64,000 bases of DNA. Origin: an uncultured virus (IMG/VR IMGVR_UViG_3300049448_000779). Lineage: Duplodnaviria; Heunggongvirae; Uroviricota; Caudoviricetes. Below the pieces are notes generated by a model. That model searched no databases. It was not told the origin of the DNA and saw only the letters and a list, made by a program, of their open reading frames with translations. A program made the position numbers and the translations under genes. Position 1 is the first letter of the stretch, and each line of letters opens with the position of its first letter. Shown here in pieces: positions 19,989 through 29,215 of this stretch. The stretch lies in the IMG/VR virus record IMGVR_UViG_3300049448_000779; one strand, given 5' to 3'.

Positions 19989-20537
19989 ATGGACCAAGCA
20001 GACGAGCTACAGGTCTGTCCTGGTACCCCTGCCTACAAATCCACCGCGCTGTACATCAAAGTTCTCAGCCAACTGAGGAACTTCCCGCACCCCTGGACCC
20101 AAACGATGGCGGATGCTCTTTGCGAGATCGTCTATCACAATCTCGTGTTCGTCTCACTCGCCGAGCCTGCCGCCGATATGCAGGTCCACGTGAACACGGT
20201 CGAGGGCACTTTCGAGCAGGCAGTGATCCGGGTCCCCGTGGATTGGCTGGATATGTTCTTGGAAGACCCTATTTACGAACTCGGAGGCGTGCTCTACACG
20301 GGGTCCCAAGCGGTTGACTTTTACAACGGCCGCCTCACTCTGGACCCAAATACTAGCGCATCGCTGGCTCAAGCCCACGAAGCCGAGATGCTCAGACTGG
20401 CTATTCAAGAGTTCCCGGCGTACCACCTCGACGAGTACCAGAAGCAGCTTCTCGAAAAGTTCCCGGAGGGCCTTAATAGCCCAAGAGCCAAGGAGTTGCT
20501 CTACCCCTTGGCCCCAGTGGAAGTGATCGAGGCCTAG
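19989..20537 (+). CDS. hypothetical protein
   Basis: ORF track; start uncertain. Confidence 0.55.
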   Translation: MDQADELQVCPGTPAYKSTALYIKVLSQLRNFPHPWTQTMADALCEIVYHNLVFVSLAEPAADMQVHVNTVEGTFEQAVIRVPVDWLDMFLEDPIYELGGVLYTGSQAVDFYNGRLTLDPNTSASLAQAHEAEMLRLAIQEFPAYHLDEYQKQLLEKFPEGLNSPRAKELLYPLAPVEVIEA

Positions 20538-20854
20538 GCCGGCCCGACCTGCAGACCCAACCAGTCGAGGAACGTGCGGGCACCGCGGATCGCTGGCCAT
20601 GTCCACGCGGGCGCTGTGAAATCCAGCCAATCGAGGGCGCTACGTGCTTTGGTCTCGGCCCGCTTGTGGAGCTTGCGTCCGTAGTACCCAAGGCTCGGCG
20701 CGCCGTAGCCAATGAAGTAGACGAATGCTGCGAACCCGAGAATGGGCAGCATTAGGATAGCTAGGAACCAGACGATTCTCGCGATTTGCAGCGTCACGTA
20801 AATGCCCACGAGGAGCCCAGTACCCATCAGAATAGCTTTCAGTTTACGGTCCAT
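20534..20854 (-). CDS. two-TM membrane protein
   Basis: Two hydrophobic segments; follows terC. Confidence 0.6.
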   Translation of the reverse strand: MDRKLKAILMGTGLLVGIYVTLQIARIVWFLAILMLPILGFAAFVYFIGYGAPSLGYYGRKLHKRAETKARSALDWLDFTAPAWTWPAIRGARTFLDWLGLQVGPA

Positions 20855-20890
20855 TGTAGATCCCTTTCTGGGTCGCATGACCCTAGTAGT

Positions 20891-21883
20891 TCAGGCCTGT
20901 GCCTCGTCCGTTGGGTACAGATACGAGGCCACAACCCCAATGATAAGGCCCGTTACTACAACGCCCAAGCTCACCAACACCGGAATCTCAAGAGAGAAGC
21001 CTAGCAGGCTCGCGATTGGTCCGTGGAAGGCTTCGAGCAGCATCTTGCAGCCAATGAAGATCAGGATGCCAATCACTGCTTTCTCTAAATGGCAGAGGTA
21101 CTGCTTGGCCGCGACTAGCAAGAAGTACATGGACCGTAGACCGAGGATCGCGAAGATGTTCGAGGCGTAGACCAGGAACGGGTCCTTGGTCACCGCGACG
21201 ACTGCCGGCACTGAGTCGAAGGCGAACGCGATGTCACTGGTTTCGGTGACAAGCAGGCATAAGAACAGCGGCGTCGCGAGCCAGTTGCCGTTCGACATCG
21301 AGGTTTTGGTGAAGAAGCGGTCTCCGTCTAATTTCGGCGTCACCGGCAAGTGCAGGGTGTCGCGAAACAAGCGGATCGACCAATGCTGTGTGTAGTCCTC
21401 GTCATTACCTGGATCGTCATCTGCGTCGGTCATCATCGAGTAGGCCGAGTAGAGCACCACCCCACCGAACAGCGTGTACACGATCATGTGCATGACGGGG
21501 TTGACGCTGCCGGCAAGCAGGAACGCTGACCCCAGGCTTATGAAGACGAATCGGAGAACGATCGCTCCGAGAACGCCGTAGTAGAGGATTCGATGCTGGG
21601 TCGAGTTTTTGAACCCGAAGCTCGCGAAGATCGCCATGAACACGAACAGGTTGTCGACCGATAGTGATTTCTCGAGCAGGTAACCAGCGGTGAACAGTCC
21701 TGCCTTATCTGGACTGTCTGTGAGCCAGAGGTAACCGGCGAACACGAGCGATATGGCGACCCAGACCCCTGACCAGATGGCTGCATTCTTCAGGGTCACG
21801 GCCTCGCCGCCCCGATGTTTACGTAGATCCAACCAGAGCATGAACCCAACAACCAGGACAAACACAAGTGCTTCGATTGCCAT
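20891..21883 (-). CDS. terC: TerC/Alx family membrane protein
   Basis: GYLLEKSLSVDNLFVF, QHRILYYG, DIAFAFDSVPA, SNIFAILGLRSMYF. Confidence 0.95.
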   Translation of the reverse strand: MAIEALVFVLVVGFMLWLDLRKHRGGEAVTLKNAAIWSGVWVAISLVFAGYLWLTDSPDKAGLFTAGYLLEKSLSVDNLFVFMAIFASFGFKNSTQHRILYYGVLGAIVLRFVFISLGSAFLLAGSVNPVMHMIVYTLFGGVVLYSAYSMMTDADDDPGNDEDYTQHWSIRLFRDTLHLPVTPKLDGDRFFTKTSMSNGNWLATPLFLCLLVTETSDIAFAFDSVPAVVAVTKDPFLVYASNIFAILGLRSMYFLLVAAKQYLCHLEKAVIGILIFIGCKMLLEAFHGPIASLLGFSLEIPVLVSLGVVVTGLIIGVVASYLYPTDEAQA

Positions 21884-21945
21884 TCTGAGATCTCCTCGGT
21901 CCCTACTACACCGACTCGATCGAATGGCCGTTGAGCCGTTAAACT

Positions 21946-21975
21946 AAAAAGGGGAGCCCGTTAGGACTCCCCTTT
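21946..21975 (-). terminator. intrinsic terminator
   Basis: AAAGGGGAG-loop-CTCCCCTTT stem followed by a T run on the minus strand. Confidence 0.75.
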
Positions 21976-21998
21976 CCGGAGGCGTTTACCTCGGGCTT

Positions 21999-22394
21999 TC
22001 AACCCAAGTACATGTCGAACAGGAACGTCAGTTCGGGGGGCACTGGCTGTTGTGCCTTGTCCTTCAGCGTCTGGAGCAGAGCGCGTTCAGCGGCGTCGAC
22101 ATTGCCGTCCTTATGAATGCGGCCTTTGAGGTAGGCCGCTTCTTCAGGCGAGACGATGCCCGGAGTCGCCGCGTCTTCGAGCACATGGCTTGAGATTGCC
22201 GAGGAGAAAAACACCTGCCAGCTCGGGTCGTTGTTGTTGCCGCTCACGGCATCGTTAATCTCGAAAAGGGTGTCTGCTTCAGCGCGGTCGATGGTGCCGT
22301 CGGCGAGCATGACGTTGCGGAGCAGATCGACTTCACCAGCATCCACGGTGCCGTCGGCGATGATCGTGGTCTTCAGGGCATTCAGGTCTGACAT
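21999..22394 (-). CDS. TerB-like / EF-hand-like protein
   Basis: Repeated ADGTVDAGEV / ADGTIDRAEA / KDGNVDAAE motifs; start MSDLNAL behind AAGGA. Confidence 0.75.
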   Translation of the reverse strand: MSDLNALKTTIIADGTVDAGEVDLLRNVMLADGTIDRAEADTLFEINDAVSGNNNDPSWQVFFSSAISSHVLEDAATPGIVSPEEAAYLKGRIHKDGNVDAAERALLQTLKDKAQQPVPPELTFLFDMYLG

Positions 22395-22480
22395 TTCTCG
22401 TTCCTTGTTGATGACGTTTGGTTGAGTCGTGTGATGAAGCCGGCTCTCGAACGACGCAGAGAGCCAGATGGAATCCGGAT

Positions 22481-23017
22481 TCAGCTGTTGACGATTGCCC
22501 AGAGTTGCTCGGTCTTGCTGAACTGCTTGAGCAGGCCGGTTTTGCTGGTATTGATGACCTCGCCGCCGATGGCGCCGTTCTTGAGGGTGGCGACCACAGC
22601 CACGTTGCCCAGGTCGCCGCAGTCGAGCGTCGCCTTGTGCGTGGTACCGGTAGAATCGGTCAACGTGATCGCAACATCGCTGCCCTGGAAGCGAGCCGCC
22701 GAGCCACGCTCGATCGCGCCAAAGTCCCAAGCGATGATGTGAACTTCGCTGACGTCATCCAGCTTGGCGATCTTGAGCTGCTCGGAGTTGCCGCCGCTTT
22801 CCACCTTGTCACCCACGCCCGCGTCTTTGTCGAGCTTGATGAAAGGCGGCGTGTTGAGGTCCCCCTTGTTGTTGAAGAAGATCAGGCCTTCGCCGCCGGC
22901 CTTGGTCTTGTAGAGAGCTGCCAGGTCGAAGTCCTGGGCGGTGCTCCACGTCAGCTTGACGAGCAAACCGGTGATCGAATCGAGTGCCGCACTCTGCTTC
23001 TTGGTATTGAGGTCCAT
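22481..23017 (-). CDS. TerD/TerA-family stress protein
   Basis: LTW...DFDLAALY, GLIFFN..GDLN..PFIKLDKDAGVGD. Confidence 0.85.
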   Translation of the reverse strand: MDLNTKKQSAALDSITGLLVKLTWSTAQDFDLAALYKTKAGGEGLIFFNNKGDLNTPPFIKLDKDAGVGDKVESGGNSEQLKIAKLDDVSEVHIIAWDFGAIERGSAARFQGSDVAITLTDSTGTTHKATLDCGDLGNVAVVATLKNGAIGGEVINTSKTGLLKQFSKTEQLWAIVNS

Positions 23018-23201
23018 GTTCCTTGTCCTTTACATGTCTACAGACTCAAGCCTACTGGCCATCAAGATCGGGCGGCTTGACTCCTTCACGCTTGTGTTCG
23101 CGTTGGTGGTTTCTAGTTGAGAACGTTTTGATCGTCAACAACACAAGAACCCCTAGGAACCCACCACAATAGAAGGCCAGTAGGAAAGATATCATGTTTG
23201 G

Positions 23202-23831
23202 TTACGCGTTTTGAGCCAGCCAAGCCAGCTGATGGAATGACAAGTTGGTTGCTTCGGCAGCACGCACGGTCGCACAAACGTCTACCTTCATGCTATTGTC
23301 GAGTTCGTCCAGAAATTCTGCCGCCACTGGGTCGTCACCCACTTGGACGAACGTGAAGCCGATCTTCGGCCGTCCCAACTCTCTGCCGGCGCGGTCGATC
23401 ACTGCCTTGGCGGTCGTCATGCTGTCAGGACGCCCATCTGTATAGACTAGGACCACCACATTTTTGGAGGACGACTTTGCCTTCGTAACGGCCTCTTCTA
23501 GTCCCGCGGTCAGGTTGGTCGAGTAGTCCGGCCGAAATGCCTTGAATACGCTAGCCACTTTCAGTGCACCCACACCATCGAATACCTGAGCATCACTAGA
23601 GAAGGCGATCACCGTGAGTCCGTCGTCGTCGAACTGCTCCGCGACCATTGCCGTGTTGTAGACGTCTTGTTGCACTTCTCCCAGACGGTTGGCGCCAGCA
23701 ACCCGGCGTGACGGCGAGCCCATGGACCCGCTGTGGTCCACCAGGATGATGGTGTCGAGCTTCTTGAGATCCTCATCCGTGAGGGCGCCGATGACCTTCT
23801 TTTCCTTCTTACCGAATCCGAACATGTGCAC
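23202..23831 (-). CDS. vWA-domain protein (Ter-associated type)
   Basis: MIDAS DHSGSM, DDDG, YTDG, FVQVGDD..A..FL..LD. Confidence 0.88.
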   Translation of the reverse strand: MHMFGFGKKEKKVIGALTDEDLKKLDTIILVDHSGSMGSPSRRVAGANRLGEVQQDVYNTAMVAEQFDDDGLTVIAFSSDAQVFDGVGALKVASVFKAFRPDYSTNLTAGLEEAVTKAKSSSKNVVVLVYTDGRPDSMTTAKAVIDRAGRELGRPKIGFTFVQVGDDPVAAEFLDELDNSMKVDVCATVRAAEATNLSFHQLAWLAQNA

Positions 23832-24073
23832 TTACCTTTGTTGTGACCCCTAGAGTAGAGACAGGGTCTGCTGCGTAATTACACCGGAGGTCTGGATGTC
23901 GATCAGGCACGCCCAAGCTGATGAGATCAACGAACTGCTCTTGAGTCTCTGGGACAAGGCGGTGGGGACATCAGCCTATGACAGGGCTCAATGGCAGCGA
24001 TTTCAGGAGCTGCTAAATGCCTTACACCCGCCTGCGCGTCCCAAGCCGCGACGCAAGCCTCGCAAAGTAACCA

Positions 24074-24259
24074 CTACCCCATGATCGCGTGAAGCGCGAT
24101 TACAGTTAAGCCAGCGGTTGCCAGTACGAAGAGCGATAGCAGTATCAGGATAGCCGATACCCGTACAGCCCAGTGCAAGCGGCGTTTCTTTAGTGCCTGC
24201 CTCGGCAGCTGTACCCCAACCAGACGCAGATGTTTGCTAGGGACGGGTCTCGAGGTCAT
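24074..24259 (-). CDS. small single-TM protein
   Basis: ATG 9 nt after GGTGTA; C-terminal hydrophobic helix. Confidence 0.55.
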   Translation of the reverse strand: MTSRPVPSKHLRLVGVQLPRQALKKRRLHWAVRVSAILILLSLFVLATAGLTVIALHAIMG

Positions 24260-24282
24260 GATGCCTAGTACACCGGGATTGG

Positions 24283-24732
24283 CTACTTGATGATCCGCCA
24301 CCCGGCCGGCAGCCGTTTGCCACGGCGGGTCTTTGTTCCGGAGGCGCGTGCATCCGGCTGTGGAGTACCAGACTTGTTGGCCTCCCTGGCGACTTCTGCG
24401 TTAGCCACTTCGGCAGCGATCTCTGCAGGCATTGATTCAGGCCATACCTGGCCCCTCCCCTCATCCCCAATGATGGCGAAGATGGCGTCCCACGGGCAAA
24501 AACAGGCGAATGGAGAGCGGTTAAAAGAGAGGGTGCCGAAGATACCCTCCTCATCGACTCGAAGATCTGGGATCGAGATCGCCATACTCAGGCCCATTTG
24601 GAGCACGAGTTGCGGTTGCTGCTTGAGCCACGGTGGGCACCGAGCCTTCTCTGCCCGCGGGTCCAGGTGAACGAAAATAGAGCCCTTCCCTAGCAAGTGA
24701 TTGGCGACGTCAAGCTTGATGAGTGGGTTCAT
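24283..24732 (-). CDS. sspB: ClpXP adaptor SspB-like protein
   Basis: FVHLDPR...LVLQMG...IPDLRVDEEGIFGTLSFNRSPF.C..PWDAIFAI. Confidence 0.88.
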   Translation of the reverse strand: MNPLIKLDVANHLLGKGSIFVHLDPRAEKARCPPWLKQQPQLVLQMGLSMAISIPDLRVDEEGIFGTLSFNRSPFACFCPWDAIFAIIGDEGRGQVWPESMPAEIAAEVANAEVAREANKSGTPQPDARASGTKTRRGKRLPAGWRIIK

Positions 24733-24745
24733 GAGCCATTCCTGA

Positions 24746-25357
24746 TCATGAGCGCGAGCGGCTGACAACAAATTCCACCAAGCAGGCGGAGCGGTCGGTG
24801 ATGATGCGAACGTCTTGGCCTATTGTAGGATACATGACTGACTTTGGGTCCTGCTCGTGAGGCAGTCCCAAGACATGGCCCAGCTCGTGAATCGCAATCT
24901 GCGTGACGACCAGATTGGTGAAAAAGCAGGCCATGGTGTCGTTTCCGGGGATGTCCATGGTTTCAATGTCAACATGGTCCGCGGCACACGGACCGTACGT
25001 CGTAAGCCCAATCAATGGGTCCTGCAAGTTCACATTCGTAGTGACTGTCGTGTAATTACACATGCCGTGCATCCCGGCGAGGTCCGCGCTGATCGTCGCG
25101 TAGAGGATCTCTTCTCCGATGCGGGTATTCCAAGCGTCGATCGCGTCCAGAATCAGACTGATGTTGTGATTCGAGGTGTTGGTGTCGATCAGGACCTCGA
25201 CTGGAAAAGCTCGAGGAGTTGGCTCGAGTAGGTCCGGCGGCTGGTACTCAACGCACTCCTCTGGGCTCGGCGGGTTGATGGGAGTGCGGTTGTTTTCTGT
25301 GACATGACCAGCGCAAGCGCACGCGAGCAAGAAAAGCAAAGCTAACTTCGTCTTCAC
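24746..25357 (-). CDS. matrixin-family zinc metalloprotease lipoprotein
   Basis: HELGHVLGLPH plus Met-turn SVMYP; lipobox-like N-terminus. Confidence 0.88.
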   Translation of the reverse strand: MKTKLALLFLLACACAGHVTENNRTPINPPSPEECVEYQPPDLLEPTPRAFPVEVLIDTNTSNHNISLILDAIDAWNTRIGEEILYATISADLAGMHGMCNYTTVTTNVNLQDPLIGLTTYGPCAADHVDIETMDIPGNDTMACFFTNLVVTQIAIHELGHVLGLPHEQDPKSVMYPTIGQDVRIITDRSACLVEFVVSRSRS

Positions 25358-26199
25358 AAGAGGCCTTCCAACTTCTGCATGTAGAGGGCGATGTCACCCG
25401 ACCTGGGTAGCTCACCCACCTCCACCATTATCTTGAGCAAACGCATGACGCGCCCCATCTCGAGTCTCTGCGCTTGCGACATGGCTGCTGTCTTGAACCC
25501 AAGGCGCGACATGACGGCGTCGCCGAGCCCGTGAGGCAACGCGTTCGGCGTCGAGTCCAGCTCTTTGACCTTGGTCAGGCGCGCCCCGAGTTCGTGGCAA
25601 CGCTGCTGCACACGACGCCGCGTCGCCGAGTTCTTTGTCGTGCAGTCAGCCCGCGCCACCGCAAGCACATCATCGACCAAGTCGCCCAGTTCGAGGCCCA
25701 AACGCCTGACGGCCGAGTCTGTCCACTCGGGCCTGTATTGCTCGACCTGACCGAGCAGACGAATGACGGACGCGACGCGGGTGACCTCCTCGGGCTGGAA
25801 CAGCCCCGAGTGCTGCGCCGACTTCTTGAAAATACCGGCGGAAACCGTCTCGTGCCCGTGGAAAGTGATCTCCCCGGTTGCGCGCGAGAACGTGACCGGT
25901 TTTCCGCAGTCATGAAACAGCGCAGCCCACCTGAGGATCGGCCTCGGCAGGGTCTGAATCACTACCCTTTTGGTGTGCCCCCACAGGTCCTTGTGGCCGG
26001 TGTCCCCACCGCCGAACCCAATCAGTCTGTTGAGAGCTGGGAACAGAGCCTTGAGCGCGCCGCTCTCCGCCAAGTCCTCAAGCTCTAGGTCGGCCCTCTT
26101 GGCGATCAGCAACCCATCCCACTCGAGACGTGACAGCACCGGGGCGGAGCCTCCCGGCTCTCCCTCGTCCTTGTCCCTATCTTGAGTGTCCTTGGCCAT
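25354..26199 (-). CDS. stand-alone HD-domain protein resembling the C-terminal half of CCA-adding enzymes
   Basis: HKDLWGHT, LRWAALFHDCGKP, FHGHE, WTDSAVRR, ARADCTT. Confidence 0.85.
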   Translation of the reverse strand: MAKDTQDRDKDEGEPGGSAPVLSRLEWDGLLIAKRADLELEDLAESGALKALFPALNRLIGFGGGDTGHKDLWGHTKRVVIQTLPRPILRWAALFHDCGKPVTFSRATGEITFHGHETVSAGIFKKSAQHSGLFQPEEVTRVASVIRLLGQVEQYRPEWTDSAVRRLGLELGDLVDDVLAVARADCTTKNSATRRRVQQRCHELGARLTKVKELDSTPNALPHGLGDAVMSRLGFKTAAMSQAQRLEMGRVMRLLKIMVEVGELPRSGDIALYMQKLEGLL

Positions 26200-26232
26200 G
26201 TCTAGGGTCTGTTGGCAGTTCTAGGAAATTGG

Positions 26233-26275
26233 GAATTGCCATCTTGAGAGGTCGAGCCTCTCAAGATGGCAATTC
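26233..26275. repeat. perfect 19-bp inverted repeat with 5-nt loop
   Basis: GAATTGCCATCTTGAGAGG-TCGAG-CCTCTCAAGATGGCAATTC. Confidence 0.95.
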
Positions 26276-26533
26276 GGTCGGAGGGGCGGTTCTTGTCTCG
26301 GGTCTACACCGCGGTCGGCTGTTCGAACGCGAGCGCCGCTAAACGACGCGCTCGGTACACAGCGAGCAGTGACGACACGGAGCGCGACCTATCTCAGGTC
26401 CTTCGACAAGGCTTTCGAAGTATCGCGCCGCCGCCGGGATTTCCCCCAGCGCGGAACGTCTCCCAATGGTACTTCTTGTTGCTCATTCGACGGACCTGTT
26501 GCGCCCCGGTAGTCTGCCACTAGGATCCCACTC

Positions 26534-26755
26534 GTGCCAACGCTTTCTAAGGACATCTATCCAGGCCGGTTCTACTGTCACACGTGTAGGCAAATCACCG
26601 TTTGGAACGGTGATCGTGTCCAGAACTGCTACGAGTGCGGCATGCGCTTCCCGTGTGCGAAGCTCAGCTGCACACACGAGGATTGCAAAGAATCCCGGAA
26701 GTATTGGGGCACCGGTGATTGGACCGATGTTTTTCCGGGGCTCGAGCAAGCTTGA
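26534..26755 (+). CDS. small Cys-rich zinc-binding protein
   Basis: CHTC, CYEC, C..LSC.HEDC. Confidence 0.5.
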   Translation: MPTLSKDIYPGRFYCHTCRQITVWNGDRVQNCYECGMRFPCAKLSCTHEDCKESRKYWGTGDWTDVFPGLEQA

Positions 26756-26805
26756 AGTTTTACCATCGCCGTTTGTATCTAAGGCGAAGGGCAGGTCAGG
26801 CGAAG

Positions 26806-27240
26806 ATGGTAAAGTGCGGTCGATGTGCAGGCGCAGGTCATCAAAAATGGGATGAAGACGGTCGTCCGGTGAGCGACGTATGCTATCGCTGCGGCGGCAC
26901 GGGAGAGATCAGCGAAGAATCGGCTCGCGACCTTCAACTCGAAGCAGTCGCAAACGTGCTGGCCTCTCAATCGGTCCAGTCTCTACGCGACGCTTGTAAC
27001 GCAAACCCCGAAGGTGAAGGTTGGGCGTTCTGCGCGGCCGAGAACATGATGAACGAGCGTGATTACACGACAGCGGTGACCATGGATCATGCGGCGGATC
27101 ACCTGGACGAGATCGGCAAGCTTTCTCAACGGTTTCAGGACGCACTGATCAATGCGTTGCTCCCTCGCAAGGAAGAGCCCGCGGCACGCTCGGCACCAGC
27201 GGCGCCGACTGCGGCCAACGATGATGAGTTCCCGTTCTGA
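26806..27240 (+). CDS. protein with DnaJ-type zinc-finger repeats
   Basis: CGRCAGAG and CYRCGGTG; acidic DDEFPF tail. Confidence 0.65.
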   Translation: MVKCGRCAGAGHQKWDEDGRPVSDVCYRCGGTGEISEESARDLQLEAVANVLASQSVQSLRDACNANPEGEGWAFCAAENMMNERDYTTAVTMDHAADHLDEIGKLSQRFQDALINALLPRKEEPAARSAPAAPTAANDDEFPF

Positions 27241-27241
27241 T

Positions 27242-28429
27242 TCACGCTGCGCTGAACGCGGCACTGACCTCTGCCTCGAGCTTCGCCGGATCGCCGGAAA
27301 GCTCAGGGTGGAGGAGCAGCAATTCACGGGCCTTCACGATCACGCGCTTGCGATCCGCACCCGTCAGCCCGTGCCGTTCGAAAAGCCGCGGTTGATCGAT
27401 GGGCGGTTGCTTGATCGTCTCCCACAGGCGATCTGGATCCCAGGTTCGTTGCGGGTCTCGCACGTCCGGGTATTCGAGGGTCATCCGCAGGAGGATGGTC
27501 TGCTGTGAGCTGAAGAAGGACACGGGGGAAGGACTCAACGGCCAGCCGGACTCGAGCGCGAGAAGCGCTAGCCTGATGTCCTTGCCTGCGAACGCACGAC
27601 TCACGCCGCGCTGGAACCCCTCGGTAGATTTCATGAGCCCGATGATCACGTCATTGAGGTTGAGTTCGTAGAGCCGTTGGAGGCAGAGCTTCGGGTCCGG
27701 ACTCTCCAGGAGGTCTTCGACCAGAATCTTGCGGACCGCGTCCCAGGGCATCTGGGTGAGCTTGGCGGCGTTTGTTCTGATCGACTCGAACATCTCATCG
27801 GCCAGTTCGAACCCGTACTTGACCGAGAACTTGATGGCCCGGAGCATACGGGTTGGGTCGTCGCTGAAGGTACGATCCGGGTCTTGTGGGGTGCGGAGCA
27901 CTCGAGCCTCCAGATCCGGGAGGCCATTACCCAAGAGGTCGAGCACCGGCGCGCCCCCGGGTCCGTGCTCAAGATCCGCGAGGCGCCACAACAGCGTGTT
28001 GACTCTGAAGTCCCGCCTGTTGAGATCCTCCAAGATCGTCGCCGGCTCTATGAGATGTGGCTTGTAGCCTTGCCCGGACTCGCCACCATAGCTCTCGCGT
28101 CGTGCATTGGCTATCTCTAGTACCTCACCTCGCAGCTCATGTCCGTGTAGTAACCATGATCCGCTGACCGTCAGGATCGCGACCCCGTACTGGTTGGTTA
28201 CGAGGCTGGTCCGCGCAGGAATGGCCTGCTGGAGCTGGCGCGCAAGCCATGCCGAATCTCGGTCAGGCCCTAGCTCTATTGAGTCGATCACAAGGTCAAG
28301 ATCCTCGACCGGCACGTCCAAGAGATGGTTTCGAACAGCGCCACCAACCACGTAGCTGTGCTCGGCAACCCCGATGCTCTTGACCACCCCGTAGAGAAAC
28401 TTGACTAGAGTCGCAGCCCTTTCTGACAT
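27242..28429 (-). CDS. CCA-adding enzyme / poly(A) polymerase family nucleotidyltransferase
   Basis: VVGGAVRN, DLDLV, DLNRRDFRVN, FSDDPTRMLRAIKF. Confidence 0.92.
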   Translation of the reverse strand: MSERAATLVKFLYGVVKSIGVAEHSYVVGGAVRNHLLDVPVEDLDLVIDSIELGPDRDSAWLARQLQQAIPARTSLVTNQYGVAILTVSGSWLLHGHELRGEVLEIANARRESYGGESGQGYKPHLIEPATILEDLNRRDFRVNTLLWRLADLEHGPGGAPVLDLLGNGLPDLEARVLRTPQDPDRTFSDDPTRMLRAIKFSVKYGFELADEMFESIRTNAAKLTQMPWDAVRKILVEDLLESPDPKLCLQRLYELNLNDVIIGLMKSTEGFQRGVSRAFAGKDIRLALLALESGWPLSPSPVSFFSSQQTILLRMTLEYPDVRDPQRTWDPDRLWETIKQPPIDQPRLFERHGLTGADRKRVIVKARELLLLHPELSGDPAKLEAEVSAAFSAA

Positions 28430-28503
28430 CTAGGCAGGCTATCACGAGCCTTCTCGCATCGCTAGCCGTCCGAAGGTCGTCAGCGCTGGTGTAGTAGTGG
28501 GTG

Positions 28504-28917
28504 ATGCGCGTCAACGACACGGTTCGAGTCACAGAGTTGAGTCGCAGAGAATTCATCGCTGACAAGGCAAGCAAATCCATGCGGCGAGCCAATGCTCGCG
28601 GCCATATCTCCGCGACCCTGGGGAAACGAGAGGAGCTTTACTTGGTCATTCACGAGGGGGAGAGCGTCCCGGCAGTCTATCTCAGAGAAGAGCTTGAACT
28701 CGAACCCAACGCGTACTGGAAGATAACGTACTCGTGCTCTGGCTACTGGTACTTCGCCGAGGCGGCGACCTATCGCCACGTTGAGAAACTCCGAAACGAA
28801 CTTGGGGACAGCGCCAAGTCCGTGATGATTGAAGGGCCTTTTTACTCCGACAAGGAGTTGACTGAAGGGCTGTTGCCCAGCCGAACACTATTCGACCACC
28901 TGAAGGAGAAAGACTAG
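28504..28917 (+). CDS. hypothetical protein
   Basis: ORF track; GGTGTA motif upstream. Confidence 0.55.
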   Translation: MRVNDTVRVTELSRREFIADKASKSMRRANARGHISATLGKREELYLVIHEGESVPAVYLREELELEPNAYWKITYSCSGYWYFAEAATYRHVEKLRNELGDSAKSVMIEGPFYSDKELTEGLLPSRTLFDHLKEKD

Positions 28918-28931
28918 TCACCGGGAGCTAT

Positions 28932-29195
28932 TTGAGTACTGTCATGAAAGAGAAGAAGAAGAAGTGTGCGTTTCATTGTGGACGACAAGTCCACAAGGGC
29001 CGTAGGTTGTGCAAGGAACACCTCGAACATCAGCGCCAGAAAATGGCGCAGTACCGCACCGAACGCAAGCGTCTGATGCTGTGCTCGCGGTGCCCTAATT
29101 TGGCTCGTCTACTACCTGACGGAACGGCTAGCACGTTGTGCGAGGTGTGCCGGACTCACGTGCGCGCTTTAGAGGCTCAGCAAGCCGCGGATTAG
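28932..29195 (+). CDS. small Cys-rich basic protein
   Basis: CAFHC, CKEH, CSRC, CEVC. Confidence 0.6.
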   Translation: MSTVMKEKKKKCAFHCGRQVHKGRRLCKEHLEHQRQKMAQYRTERKRLMLCSRCPNLARLLPDGTASTLCEVCRTHVRALEAQQAAD

Positions 29196-29215
29196 GGTTC
29201 TGGTGTAACCAGGGC

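Noticed and set aside
21999..22730. 243-aa ORF as given in the track
   Set aside because: Its N-terminal part overlaps the TerD-like gene in another frame; the real start is probably 22394
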